The position numbers and the translations under genes are program-made. The notes beneath the pieces are model-generated. The model saw nothing but the letters and a program-made list of their open reading frames with translations, ran no database searches and was not told the origin of the DNA. From Mytilus edulis (Eukaryota): a DNA stretch of 64,000 bases. The DNA is taken from NCBI RefSeq assembly GCF_963676685.1, contig NC_092350.1, forward strand, positions 61,690,001 through 61,754,000, in the 5' to 3' direction. This document shows positions 1 through 13,547 of this stretch, in pieces (the first letter of the stretch is position 1; every line of letters begins with the position of its first letter).

Positions 1-158
1 CAGAATGTGCGATGTATTGTTCCATGACTCACAGTTGCAAAGTATACGTTGTTTCGACAAAAACTGGACTCTGCAGTTTGTATTACATGGACAGCTTCGA
101 AGTTGCTTGTGATGGAGTTCAGGACAAAGCTGACTTTCAAGTTTATTTGAAAATATAA
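1..158 (+). CDS. 3' part of terminal exon of a WSC-PAN/Apple-like family paralogue (copy D), cut by window edge
   Basis: Frame starting at 3 reads ECAMYCSMTHSCKVYVVSTKTGLCSLYYMDSFEVACDGVQDKADFQVYLKI* (TAA 156-158). It is colinear with the terminal exons at 22604-22857 (ECAQYC...CSLY...MCEGVQHAQGFQVYMMK) and 45959-46212. AATAAA at 363-368. Not in the ORF track. Confidence 0.85.
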   Translation, partial: ECAMYCSMTHSCKVYVVSTKTGLCSLYYMDSFEVACDGVQDKADFQVYLKI

Positions 159-2289
159 GTGATAATTGTCCAGTTTATAATTCTGTGTAGTTTTATGTTG
201 ACTGATATTTGTTTTTTGCTTATCTCCGTTTGGCTATTGTGTTGTGTGTTATTAATTTAATGGTTTCTGATGTCAAATGAGTAATGTAACCTGTTTTAAT
301 CTTTTTGAAATCAAGATTTTCAGATTGAAATGTCAAAAATATTATTTCTTTCTACATGTTCTAATAAACATTTTTTTAATAACATTCACACATTTAGTGG
401 TCCTTTGTAAATGCTGTCATTGTTCAATGTTTCAAATTTCTATGCAATCTATATTTTTATAAATTTACTTGTTGATTCTATTTCACATAATAGAAAGAAT
501 ATTGTGATTTGAAAGTGATATATGAAGATATATACGAAGAGTCGTTTAGGAACTGAACATCGAGGGATATGAACTGACAAACACAAACACCTTAAAAAGA
601 CGCTATCTCAGGTGCTTCGAAAGGGTTATCAGATGAAATTTCTAACGTGGTCCACTCGTGCTGAACCGGTTTTTCAATTCTTCAACTTTTCGATTTCTTT
701 TTATAGCAAAATGATTAAAAATGCAATAAGACAATTTCATTTATCATGTATATTACAACTTCTTTATTATCTTACGAAATTTGTTAGTATATATCTGAGC
801 GGTAAACACATAATATGTTTCAGTTTTTTGTTATGATCGCCATAATTAATATTAAAAAGAAATAATTTGATTCCACATTTCATATATTCTTTACTAAATA
901 TAAGAAAACAATTATGTTAACTTATATCATATGTTTATGTTCAGAAGTAAAAAAAAGTATAGGCAGTGGAACAAAACATTCATTTTCCTTGGCTTTGGGA
1001 GATATGAAATTTGTTCGAAGCCCTTGTGAAATATGAGTATTTTTGGATGAACAAATCTTTATATCCGCGTCAGGCACGGGAAAATGTATAATTCCACTGT
1101 TTTTACGTAATGATAGTTTAACCAATATTTGATTGGTTAAGACTATCCTACATGTAATTGTACACACCTTCATACACCTATGCCTATCAGTAACACATTC
1201 CCCATTGAAATGTCGGGAATACATTCTTGTGACATTACGCCTAGTTAGTATACTTGTTTTGAACTTCTTATTTTTTTAAATAGCGATATCAAAAATCAAT
1301 ATCATGTTCAAATTTATTTCAGACATCGAAACAAAAAAAAACTAATAATTAACTTTTTATCCTCAATGGTTATTCATATGTAAATCGTATTTAGTTATAA
1401 AAACAAGCTGATCAGAAAAGAAAATGTATGCAAACTAATTTTTTTGTTCATATATTAAACAAGGAATACGCAGTTGAATAAAACATTCATTTCATTTGAC
1501 TTCGGAAGATTAACTTATCCTTATTTTTTTTCCTTTCCCTCGGGTTAAGCTATCATGAAATATGAATATTCTTGGGTGACCACATCTTCATATTTCACAC
1601 AGGCACGCGAAATAAAGGCACATTATTGACATTTTCCTTTCTTAGATCTATAAAGTTTTTACGATATCTTTTCAATCTATTCAGAAGATACCTTATAGAT
1701 AAAAAAAAAGTTATGACATTAACTTTGCTATGATATTGATACGAAATTCATAACTTGTATTAACTTTGTTCCTTGCATTTTATAACACAGTAGAACTTTG
1801 ATTCATATCATAAATGAAAATAAATGATATTTATTCTTATTTTAAATTCAAAATTCAACGTTGAAAAAATATGATTGATTGTTGTCTGCTTAACGATGGT
1901 TGGCAAATTTTGTATACATATTCAAGACGATAACAAAATAACAAATGACACAATGCATAAGAGGAAGATTCCACATATGTAAACCTGAAAAAAAATGCGG
2001 TAAATGTGAACGCCGCTGGAAAAGGTAGATAATATGGTTTGAGGGCAGACATCTTGGCGTGAAACAATTTCAGTGTCCTACCTAACCCCAAACAGATTTC
2101 TTACAATGATTTGAGATCGTGCAGCAAATAAAACACCAGCTTTGGATGAAAAGCCAACCTAACAAAAAAAAAAAAATAAGAAAGAAAAAAAAGTCACCAA
2201 TTTCAATTGTGACGTCAGTCGAATGACGTGCAGCCCATTTGTTATTGTAATTTGTTTCCAAAGCAGAAGAACGTCATATAAGAATTAAT

Positions 2290-3521
2290 AAATAATTCAT
2301 GGAAGCCATATATTTCTTTGAAATTTACAGATGGCATGTGCCCCGATATTCAAATCTTATCCTGAACGTTAGCCATTTCCACTTGGTGTTGCAGCAATAG
2401 TGTTGTCTTCTGGAATAAAAGCTATATCAAATACACGAGACTGATTTAAAACTATTTCAAACTCTTTCCGTCACTTCTGAAAACTCGTACAACATTTTGG
2501 TCTCGACAAAATAGTACCAATCGATCATCAGGTAATATAAAACAGCCTGTCGTCCAGGTGAATCCTGTATTGATAGTTTTAAATTCAATTATAGATCTTT
2601 AATTAATCTAGGTGAAGCATCTACGACCCCCAGCTGAGCTTGTTTCCACTTCATTCTTGTCATCACTACCTGCATGGTTCTCATTTCAAGTTCTATCTGA
2701 ACATTAGATTTTAATTGGAAACCCTTTGAAAAGCGCCCTCATCTTTCAATGACAAAACTATCCACTTGAGACTTTCGAAGGTTGTCAATAAATTCAAAAA
2801 AATCTTTCTTCATTAAAAACTTTATTTTCCTTTTGTTTGATGGCTAAAACTGTTTGAAGCTCTAAAGCATGCTGCTTTATATCAGAAAGTACGACGTGTA
2901 ATCATATATTTCTTTGTTCTGTTTCTATACTGAAGTCAGCAAATCCTCCATTTTCTTTCGTTCTTTTTCTTTTAAGGCATTCAACTTCGCATTCAGTTCT
3001 TTTTGGATTTGATCTAGGTGACTGTTTACTTTTATCCTTGTTTGTTGGATTTCATTCTCTACTCGTCTTCTCTGGTCTTTCAAAGACGTAAGGTTATCTT
3101 TTCGATCTTTTATAATTTTCTCTAAATTTTTGGCTATTTTCACAATCATCAGCTCGATACTGTATAGTGCATTTGACGACTTCACATCCTTTATGATGTC
3201 ATCAATCGCAGTGATGTCTTTACAACAATTGTGAGTTTCAATAATGCATTTGTGACAACAAGGACAATCACGCTATTTGCAGTATGTTTGGAATTTTTCA
3301 TTGTGTCTTAAGCAGTTCTGTGTAATTTCCAAAATCTCTTTTGGCAATTTACTATATTTCTCAATTGGTATTGTGCAGTGAGTACGACTTGCCTTAGATA
3401 CAGCATGATGTTTGTCACATTCAGTGCATAGACCCTCGTCACATTCGGAACACCAAACAACTGATGGTTTTGTTATATCTAGTGGATCACATACCCCGCA
3501 TACTGTCCAGTGACTTGCCAT
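2290..3521 (-). pseudogene. TRIM-like (two B-box zinc fingers + coiled coil + partial beta-propeller, no RING) pseudogene
   Basis: ATG at 3521 after an acceptor-like ...ctgtttag GGTC. B-box1 CGVC...WCSECDEGLCTECDKHH...H; B-box2 CLRHNEKFQTYCK*RDCPCCHKC...HNCC broken by TAG at 3273-3275; coiled coil 2925-3185 ending in a second TAG. Frameshifted propeller-like pieces follow (GCFILPDDRLVL, VFDIAFIPEDNTIA). 3' boundary approximate. Confidence 0.85.
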
Positions 3522-5120
3522 GACCCTAAACAGAATGAAAGAACACTAACATAGAAAGATGATTTATAAAATCAATGATTTGTAAGAAATGCCAAGTCTT
3601 TATCCCAGCATTTTACACTAGGAACTAATTTGAAATAACATGTTTTACCTATATATCATTTTTTAAGGAAACCAGGCGTTAAAAATGTTCTCAAAATGTG
3701 TGATTTATTTTATGAAAAGATTTGACTAACTTTCACGAACAAAATAAAATCCACATCTTATGCACAACTATAGAAAATAATATTGGCTTCCTACTTATCT
3801 TGTTGGAGTTTTTTCGTTGACGTACAGACGGATGGACGGACAATGTGAAATTATAGGGTTCCCTATCATTTAGACATTAATAGATAGTTCAAAAGAACCA
3901 ATCAATCCCTAACGTGCGATTTCTTGAAAACATATATAAAAAAAAAAAACGAAAATTAAACAACACATAGATTGAGTTTCATGGAAGCATGTGTTAAATG
4001 CTTAACAATTATAAATTGAAATTGAGTACCTTATTTAAGATGAACGGATGTTGACGGTATTCTTGCCAACTCGTTTTTTTTACAAAATAAAATTTGCAGA
4101 AAACGAAAATTATTAGGATAAGATATATTGTAAGAATAATATATATTGTAAGATTCAGTTATATTATAAGAAAAAAGTCATATTTTAAGATACATTGTAA
4201 GTAATATAATAAAAAATAAGTAATATCGCGAGAACTATCTTTGATATAAAATAGTTGAAATACACATGACCCACGTGAAGCAAACCCAGCTAAATATCTG
4301 TCAATAAGTTATCGGTAAATGAAAGTCATTTTTCCTACCATGATAAAAAGGAAGACTTTTTAAAAAACGAATGAACTAAACGCTATTTAAAAAATGAAAT
4401 TTAGATACAATTCAAACGCATGCATTTCATAATATTTTTTTTATCCCCCCCCCCCCAAAAAAAAAACAAAACAAAACAAAACACTATTTTTAATTGGATG
4501 TGAAAAAGAATGCCTTCCATTATTCACTTTTATAAAGTCTTCAGTAAATAAACCTTGACTTAGTCCATTTCTTATCACCAATGCATTAACCCTGGTTCGT
4601 GAATGAATCACAAATGCAAAAACATAAAGTTTAATTTCTTTATATGTTTAGCAACTCGGTTGGCATACTCTGAAATAATAGGATTGAATATCATGGCAGA
4701 GACCTTCGTTTCTATGTGAAATAATAATTAGGCTTCAGCTTATTTATTGGATACTTATAAATCAGTCTAACGATAATCAATATTACTTCAAAGTTAACAA
4801 TATCTTATTCCTGTTTTCCTATAAGGTATCCTATAAACAGATTGAAATGTATCTCGTCAATTTTATAAGATTATAAGATATCATAATAACTTCAAAATAT
4901 ATCATATGAATTTTATAAGATTTCTTATATATTATGCCGTAATTCTAATAAATTTTTGCATAAGGTATTTTTTAAAGAAAAGATTGTAATTCATCATTCA
5001 AAGAAACAAATATATATATAAAAGTATGGACAGCTACTAAAATATTACACAGTATCCCAGTTGTGGTCAACATTACAGTTAGAATTCAAAATTTATTCAC
5101 TTAATGAATCATCTTTTAAA

Positions 5121-5713
5121 TAATCAACTCCAATCATTAGAAGTAAATATTTGTAGTATCGTGACATGACAACGGCTTTTACAAACATATGCGTTTAAAG
5201 TGCCTTTTTAAAGTTCAAATGGTCAATTATAAATACATAGTTCTGATACAAAATTATTTCATCTAGGTATGGATGCATGAGCATAATAAATCTAAATACC
5301 TCCTCTTTTTCAATATATCAATTTGTAACAGTAGTGATTTTTACATAATAGTGAAATCGAACATTGATTTGTTGTGTCGATAATATTTCAATTACTAATT
5401 ATCAGCTTAGCTTTGTCCATATGTGGCACACTAATTTTGTATCAGAACTATGTATTTATAATTGACCATTTGAACTTTTAAATAAACTCAACATAGATAC
5501 CAGGACTAAACTCAGTATATACGCCAGACGCACGTTTCGTCTACAAAAGACTCATCAGTCACGCTCGAATCAAAAAAAGTTACAAAGGTCAAATAAAGTA
5601 CGAAGTTGAAGAGCATTGGAGCATTAAAAGGCACTTTAAACGCATATTTTTGTAAAAGTCGTTGTCATGTCACGATACTACAGACATTTACTTCTAATGA
5701 TTGGAGCTGATTA
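5121..5713. repeat. ~135-bp inverted duplication (5121-5256 vs 5432-5713), right arm interrupted by a retrozyme fragment
   Basis: The reverse complement of 5121-5256 matches 5432-5480 plus 5626-5713 with few mismatches. Confidence 0.9.
5481..5625 (-). mobile_element. Retrozyme-like fragment carrying a type I hammerhead ribozyme (core about 5521-5565)
   Basis: Minus strand reads GCGTGA CTGATGA GTC-TTTTGTA-GAC GAAAC GTGC GTC TGGCGT. Same family as 27352-27820 and 61805-61963. Confidence 0.85.
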
Positions 5714-6129
5714 TGATTTATTTTTCAAATCATTTATGGATTTTTCATCCAGGTAAGGATGCACGAGCAACAGCTATTTATCACACACACCCTTTTATCA
5801 GAAAAAATATATAAATGGGAATGTACACTATTCATATGAAATATACAAGATATAGTCAAGCATGCTAACTGTAAATCAGTTATAAAATTCAAAACACATG
5901 ATGAATCTAGATTATTAACTGATATTCCTTCTTTTTATCTTACAATCAAACTTGATAGGGAAATCTGTCAAAAAAAAAGTTATCGACATCAATCAATAAA
6001 AGAAGGTCGACTATTAGCTCTTTCTAATTAATCTATACCACGATGTTGCTTTATGAGTTAAGGGAAATGTACAAACACAAATAACGTTGAAACAGATGAC
6101 AGAAACTATCAATAAAACCCGTCTAAATT

Positions 6130-7372
6130 CAATTTAATTGATAAATTCAACAACACTTACCGTTATCTTGATGATCATTTTAGTTAAATAATCAAGAATG
6201 CACTAAATATACTGCCGAAATTTACAAAATGAACTTACTTTAAATGAATTAAATTTCAAAAGCAATAACTGTCCTTTTCTAGATTAAGATAATTCAGTTT
6301 GACACGATAAACTCTGCACAAATATTTATGACAAAAAGGACGATATTACTTTCACTATTGTCAATTTTCCTTTTCTGGACGGTGATGTTCATTTGCCACT
6401 GTATTGCTGTGTTTATATATCCCAACTCGTTCGCGATGCCCTTGTTGGATTTCAATAAGCGTAATCTATGTCTTACTGGTAAATAAAGTCAGGGATTTCG
6501 TTACCAGCAATTTTTCAAACCCTTTACTAAATTCTTCAATAAATTTGGTTTGGAAGTTTGACTGTACCTTAGTTCAAACGGAAAAGCACATCCTAATTTT
6601 TACGGTGATATTGATTTTGTTATCAATAAGTTAGAAGCATACTAAATATTATTGTTATACACATATACACATTCATGGTTCTAAAATATGTCGATACCTA
6701 TATATTGGAATTGTACAAATTTATATTTTTATCTAACTGTTAAAGGCGTCTTTTAAAACTAAATACATAGGATGTTTGGTGTGTACCAATTGATATTCTA
6801 GTTTTAGATACATGCATTTTTATTAGTTATATTTGGCTTTGAACTAGCTGTCAGTAACTGCGAGTACTCTTACATCTATACTTTATGTCTTTTTTGTTGT
6901 GAGAGATGTATGAATACCCTCCCACGTCCGCTCTGTGTTTATGTGTTTTTGTTAGATGTTTTTCAAATTCTGCTTTGCATCGATCTGATGAGTTAAGCCT
7001 TTTTCAACAGACTTTATAGTTAATTTTTATGTTGTACTGTTACACCACTGTCTCGTGTTAGGGGGAGGTTTGGCGCTTTCAAACATGATTTATCCAGGCA
7101 CACTCTGTTTTCGCATGTCCCAAGTCAGGAGCATATTGTTCAGCGGTTGTCGTTGGTTCGTGTCTGTCATGTTTGTGTTTTCGTAATTTTTTGGTTATCA
7201 ATAAGGCCGTTAGTTTTCCCGATTGAATTGTTTCATATGTTTTATATCGGGGCCTTTCATAGGCGACTATACGGTATGGGGTACGGTTGTCTATAATTGC
7301 GCACATCCACTTCATTTGAATATTGGTGGATAGTTGTCTCATTAGCAATACTACCACATCTCCTTATTTTCA
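6130..7372 (+). mobile_element. Decayed Penelope-like retroelement: RT C-terminal part plus 3' tail
   Basis: Frameshifted pieces KFNNTYRYLDD, IYDKKDDITFTIVNFPFLDGDV, VYISQLVR. The non-coding tail ends in the abundant ...ttgtctcattagcaatactaccacatct motif. Confidence 0.75.
7056..7132 (+). ncRNA. Degenerate twister-ribozyme-like motif (P5 permutation) in the element tail
   Basis: Order GGGG-GAGG-[GTTTG..CAAAC hairpin]-...GC-...CATG TCCCAAGT CAGG A matches twister elements with the chain opened in P5. Several core positions are mutated. Confidence 0.5.
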
Positions 7373-7749
7373 TACATCACGCAATATTTAAAGTGTTTTG
7401 ATTTGTAGTTTAGAATTATGTTACATATCTATGCATCAATGTTAAGAACATACAACTATCAGGAAAGAAAAAAAGTAGCAGGTCTGAAAATTTGTTACCG
7501 TTTACTGTTGCAGTTGACGACAAAAATATGACAGATAGATTGTACCAGTGGACGGAGAATGACAAAGTACTGTACTTCCTCCTTCAAAATGATTGGATGT
7601 TTATCCCTAGCAAACTGAGTCCTAAAATCTGAATTACAAATGATAAAAGTTCGCTATTGTTATACAAAATACAGACCAACAAAAGCTTTACACTACTTAG
7701 TTATCAAATCTAAAAATTACGAATATCTATGTACACATTCTATATTAGA

Positions 7750-7980
7750 GACGAAAAATACTCGAAGGACATCCAAACTAACAAATCAAAGACAAACTGA
7801 CAAAACCATGGAAAAATGTCAAACGGATGAAAAAACAATACAACAGTCTACAGAACAGTACTAGGAAACCTAAAGACTGAGCAACACGAAACCCATCAAA
7901 AGTTGGAGGTAATCTTTTGTTATCCGGAGGAGTAAGGAGATCCTGCTTTACAGGCGGAACCCATCGTGTTCTCATGTAAG
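7750..7980 (-). mobile_element. 3' tail fragment of a Penelope-like family (same family as 49974-50441)
   Basis: aaactgacaaaaccatgg...actgagcaacacgaaacc...tccggaggagtaaggagatcctgct matches 50020-50190. Confidence 0.7.
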
Positions 7981-8732
7981 TTCACATTTGGTGGTAATTT
8001 TTCATGTGCTCAAACAATCTGAATTAACACAACATCAGGACGTTTGATGCAAGGATAATACTATTACATTAATTGTCTGTTTTCTGCTAATTGTTCTGTA
8101 TTCAGTATGTTGTTTCACGAGAACGTCCAGGTGTCGCTACCCTTACTGGATCACTTCTGTCGTCTTGCGTCATCACAACTCATTGGAAATGGCTGAATTC
8201 AACCAAACTAGCATATATTTATACAGGACATGTAGTTGTATCATACGATTTCAATATCTTATTTTCCATACCAGAACATAGACTTGACCTTTTCCCCTTT
8301 TAACAGTTTGTTAATCCGTTTCTCATTTAAAACGACTGGCAAGAATTAACCTGACTTGCTCAGATTCTTTTACGGGACACGAAGTCGTGCACCCGCTAAT
8401 CTAATTTGTGGTGTGACTGATGTTTGATATTTCTAACCAAAACAACAACTTCACCATATCTGCTTATATTATTTGAAGACGGCATGCAACACAATCATGT
8501 CTCCGATCCATTGAATGCTCACATATTTTAAAGCATGTTTGCCATTTTTTTAATTTAAGAAATTAATTTAATGACATACTGCATAACTAATCCAAATATT
8601 TTCGTTTTAAACGCAACTCAATAAGATTTACACGAAAAAATATATCTCGATCTGTTGTTTTTTTTTACATCTAAAGCTGTAAACTTCTTTAACTTTTGGG
8701 GAGGGTAAAGAAGCCTTATGAATCAACAATAT

Positions 8733-8938
8733 ATGTAAATTCAGATATTATTCCATTCATTTATTATTGCGTTTTGTCTATCTTTTGAAGAACGAACAAA
8801 CATGTGAGATTAATTATTGCGATTTCTGCATACAGATAAATGTATCAGATATCAGAAGGCGAGTTATTATTGCACTACCCACCCAGTCGCATTATGTGCA
8901 TTAATAAAAACCTCACACTAATTTATGAATTTACAGTA
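8733..8938. mobile_element. Tc1/mariner-type MITE (decayed)
   Basis: Inverted termini tgtaaattcaga... / ...tgaatttacagta, about 200 bp, with TA at the right end. Confidence 0.5.
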
Positions 8939-9198
8939 ATTTATTTTACTGCCATATATAGTCTTAATGCTGTTTATCATATACTTGTATAAAATATTAC
9001 TTAAATTTCACAGTTCAATAACATTTAAAAATCTTTAAAGGATATGAAGGGATTACTATGTTTATTGACCATATTCCTAAGAATTTCCTCGGCGGGCTGA
9101 TAAACGAACCTTTATTGACTGCTTCCGTAATGTTATCACATGCCTTTCCTTTACAGTCCGTGACGTTTATCAAATGCAACTTCGTGCATTTACGGAAA

Positions 9199-10478
9199 GG
9201 CCAACATTCAAAATATCTCTGTTTCCCCTCATCCGACTGAGGTTGTTAGGGCATGGGTAGGTAGGTAGGCAAATTATTTTATTTTATTCCTTGATATGGT
9301 TTTCTATATTGAATTTGTATAAAATTCAACAGGTAAGGCTCAAGTCAAGAAAATGGGGTATTCCCTGTATTCTAATTCAGTGTACACCCCAGTTTTCTGG
9401 TGTTAAAAAAAACAGTATACAGGGACCTCCTTATTTTCCTATTCATTTAATGTAATGAAATCTACAAAAGCGCATATTCTACTTGAGATAACAATGCTTA
9501 ATGATAGCAAGTGTTTTTTTAGTTAAAACATCAAGCTTATTTCAAGTCTAATTTGATGCATAACTCACAACAAAACAATTCCTTTGTTCACCAATTCATA
9601 CACTGATCATCAATTATGAGATGACAAAAAGATACATGTATATTAATCACTTGGAATTACAATTCAATGAATAAAAATTTTCAATAGAAGTGAACATAAT
9701 TTAGTTATGTTCAGTTACACCTGGATCATGCAGTTTGGTCAATTGATTCCTAAACAAAGATTTGTATGTTTTCTTCGAGTTCTAGAAGAAACAAGGCTTC
9801 ACTTTATATTCATGTTTTGTATTTCCTAAAATACTTTTAATAAGTATCTACGAATTCTACTGATGCATCTATAACGTTTAAACGTGCCCTTTTGTAATTT
9901 TCTTGCCATAAATTGAAAAAGGAAATCCCATTTAAACTGGTGTTTTTTACACCAGAAAACAGGGACGTTCCCTGAAAGCAGGGAATACATGTATCCCACA
10001 TTTCCTGACTTGTGCCCAACCTGTTCAAAGACAAAGTAGATAGATTTTAAAGCTCGATTCAGACCATTTTTACCCAAAGTCTTTAAAATTTTATCCTCTA
10101 AACAGGAACAGAGGTAAGACACAAAACAAATCAAGATGCACTCAGCGGGTTGAAAGATGCTTCAGGTTTTTTTTATTTTCAAAACAGATCACCCTTGCAA
10201 ACAAATCGTGTGGCAAAGCATTTTGTTTGTTTCCTTGTTTCCGAATCATGTAGACGCCTTCTTGCAAAATGCCTTGATTTAAAACGCTCGTTGACTACAA
10301 CATCGGAAAGGTATCACCAAAAACCAACGCCCGTTGACTACAGCATCGGAAAGATAACACTAATAACCAACATAGCAACAAAAAAGTGGACAAGAATGGC
10401 CAATAAAATTTTTCGGGTCGCGGTGATTTTACCGGGTCGGTCGTGTGAGGGGAAACAAGCAATATTTTATTTTTGGCC
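9199..10478. mobile_element. Non-autonomous DNA transposon, ~1.28 kb, imperfect ~40-bp TIRs
   Basis: Left ggccaacattcaaaatatctctgtttcccctcatccgac vs reverse complement of right end ggccaaaaataaaatattgcttgtttcccctcacacgac. Internal ORFs show no recognisable domain. Confidence 0.6.
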
Positions 10479-10926
10479 AAATTTGTTTAAAAAACGGCAA
10501 CACAGTGCGGAAAACCGCAAGTGGTCTAAGACTTTTCACAAAATGGATGAGGAGCAACAATAAATTAAGATTAAACATGTTTTGAAAGCATATCAAATTT
10601 TGAGTCCAACTTTAGACAGGTTCCAGCCACCACAGCTTCAAGCATAATTGAGATGACAAAAATTGTCCTTGACAATTATAAAGGAAAAACTATGCTCATG
10701 TTTTCGGAGGCAACCTTCACAGGAAAGGTAACAATATTTTTTCTCAAACTAAGAACATGATAATTGTTGAAACAAGATAACTAAAATGCTTGTGATATCA
10801 ATAAAAACAATTAAAGTTAAGAAATATGTATTTGGTTGTCTGTAAATTATTATCTAAAAGTTCAAAGAAAAGTCAAAAACATAATAGTTCTTGTCTGTAT
10901 TTCTTCTGCTGAAGTATATGATAAAA

Positions 10927-11060
10927 AGATAATTACATGTCATTTTTCATACCAGACACTTTATCGGCCCTCGTTCATGATATCAGCCATCGAGCTTGAG
11001 CTGATATCATGACCTAGGGCCGACAAAGGGCTTGATATGAAAAATGCCATGAAATAATCT
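10927..11060. repeat. ~130-bp palindromic (hairpin) MITE-like element
   Basis: catgtcatttttcata...tcggccct..tcatgatatcagc [loop] gctgatatcatga..agggccga...tatgaaaaatgccatg. Confidence 0.8.
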
Positions 11061-11451
11061 ATACTTAATGTATTCTGCATTTGGTTTTCATAAGTTTTGA
11101 ATTCTATACGTCATCTGATAAAAGTTTTTCAAAAAAAATCTTGTCATGTGCAAACAAATTATTCTCATATTATTTTAAACATTTTATATTCGCAATCATT
11201 TTGATTTCCCTGTTGTCATTGTTACCAATTAGAAATTGGGGATCAAAACTATGTTTTAGTCGGACTCCCAACTCTTCTGGACAAATTCTATTTATTGAAA
11301 TAAATTTGAAATGATAGAGACGCCATGTCCAATTAATGTTGCCCTCATGTTTTGTTAAAAATTATTTTCGATTCCAGGATATAATCTTGTAACTTTTGTA
11401 ATTATCACTGATTTCATACCGATCTGTTGCGTAACTGAACTTTGGATGTAT

Positions 11452-11581
11452 GAATGCGGTATGGGTTTTACTCATTGTTGAAGGCCGTACGGTGACCTAC
11501 AGTTATTAATTTCTGCGTCATTTGGTCTCTTGTGAAGAGTTGTCTCATTGGCAATCATACCACATCTTCTTATTTTTATAT
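11452..11581 (+). repeat. Abundant short interspersed repeat ending ...ttgtctcattggcaatcataccacatcttct
   Basis: The same terminal motif occurs near 7335 (+), 14718 (-), 18560 (-), 36300 (+), 47955 (+) and 58020 (+). Confidence 0.8.
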
Positions 11582-13208
11582 TTGGAACACGGACCTTTGA
11601 AAAGCGTTTTATCCAGAATAAGATCATAGCCTATAAACGCAGAATCATTCTTCATTGCAGTCTCCATATATTTACACCAGTCATGCTCAGTTCACAATTT
11701 GAGTCGTGTGGCAATAGATCAAGCATATACAATTTTCCTTTTGAGTCGGAACCTCATCACGGTCGTTAAACATTCTAGTGGTAGTTTATTGCAAAACACT
11801 ATTGTATGTCTACGACAAAGAGTTAGTTTCTGGTGATTATAATGTTAATGAAATTATCATATAGTAATTAAAGTCCTCCCTGAACTTTTTTTAAAGATTT
11901 ATTACGAATCCGCAACGTATAATCGACTGAAACATATTTCCTTAATTGATAGTTTTTTGATAACTTTGTTTGCATATTACCTGTTGGGTTTTTGTGCCGA
12001 AGTTTACCGATTGTGACCTTGATAAATAATGAACACATAATCTCTGAATCGGGCACGTGAAAAGGGATTGAGATGATAAAGCGATGTTTAAATTGGTTTT
12101 TGTTATAATGCCAATGCGTTTCTATTAGTCAATAAAACTTTCTCAAATCAAAAATTTGGTGAACACATTATTTTTCTTACAGAATCGATTAAAAATATCT
12201 GCCTTCCACATTTGTTTACCGAATCTGTCATTACGAAGTTTTTCTCCACACTTGTGCTGTTTTCAGCGATAACAACACATCTACTAGCTGGTACTTTCGG
12301 ATGGATTTCTTTAGTGGATAATATATGCAGTTCAAACAAATATTACCGACGAGGCAAACAAAAGTATTATAAAGACAGTATATATATGTCATTCGATCTC
12401 TTTATTCAAAGTATTTTATGTAGTATATAGTTACAACCATAGTGTAGTTATAGCCTAGTCAATTTAGCTCTAAAATCACTCAACCTCCAACTAATTGCAA
12501 CAACAGTTTTTTTTAATGCAAATTATTATATAGACATGTACTAACAACATACTAAAATTATACATTGATATAATTTGCGGAAAAGGTTATTTTTGGATGA
12601 AATATGTGGTTTCCAGAGAAAAAGTGCTGAACACTGAAAAATAAGTTTAGTTATTGTTACATTTTTAGACCTAAAGATTGTTGAAGACAGGAAACCTGAT
12701 CTTAATAGAATATAATGTAGTCCTCTAGTTATTATTATTCATATTGAAGTAATTTTGAGGTGAAATGAGTGATTTTTAGTGAAAAAAACGTCGAAAACTG
12801 GAAACGTAGAAAATCTCCGATGTTAAATTTTGAAATTTGATCTATATAGAAAAAGAACATACTATTTCATGCTTATTTTGTGAAGTCCTTTAGTATTAAT
12901 ATTTGGGTAATTTTAGTTGAATATATGTTTTAAGACAGAAAACCCAATAACTGGAAATGAAAAAAATCTCGGTTATTGATGGTTAAAACTTTCGAATTGG
13001 GATCTGAATAGAATAAAGAAAATACTATCTGATGTTTTAAAATTATCTTAAGAAGTCCTATAGTAATTAGTATTTAAAAAAAAATGTAGATCTTTATAGA
13101 CAAACTATGTTATCTTATGTTTATATGCATATGTATTCCTTTTGTTATCGATATCAAAACTAATCAATTTGTTGTGTGAAATATTTTGTTTCACGAACTA
13201 ATCACAAA

Positions 13209-13503
13209 ATAACAATGTGTCCATAGTACACGGATGCCCCGCCCGCAGTATCATTTTCTATGTTCAGTGGACAGTGAAATTGGGGTCAAAACTTTAATTT
13301 GGCATTAAAAGTAGAAAGTTAATATCATAGGGAACATATGTACTAAGTTTCAAGTTGATTGGACTTCAACTTCATCAACAACTTACCTTGACCAAAACCT
13401 TTAACAAAAAACTTTAATTGAAGCGGGACAGACGGACGAATGAACGAACGGACGCACAGACCAAAAAACATAATTAATACACCTTTGTGAGGGGTATAAA
13501 AAA
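13209..13503 (+). mobile_element. Non-autonomous Helentron/HINE-type element
   Basis: Starts in an A-rich site, has a (GACG/GAAC)n microsatellite at 13426-13460 and a 3' hairpin atacacctttgtgaggggtat followed by an A-run. This is the layout of bivalve HINEs. Confidence 0.65.
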
Positions 13504-13547
13504 TGAAAATTTTAAAATCTTGGTTATTTCCAGATTGATTTTTAAAA

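Noticed and set aside
6985-7012. CTGATGAG as another hammerhead core
   Set aside because: Not followed by stem II-GAAA-stem III-UH in this copy.
8040-8500. Higher-complexity stretch possibly a decayed coding exon
   Set aside because: No frame gave a recognisable domain. Needs a translated search.
10150-10563. 137-aa ORF as a gene or transposase
   Set aside because: No recognisable motifs, non-ATG start, and it runs across the TIR of a non-autonomous element.
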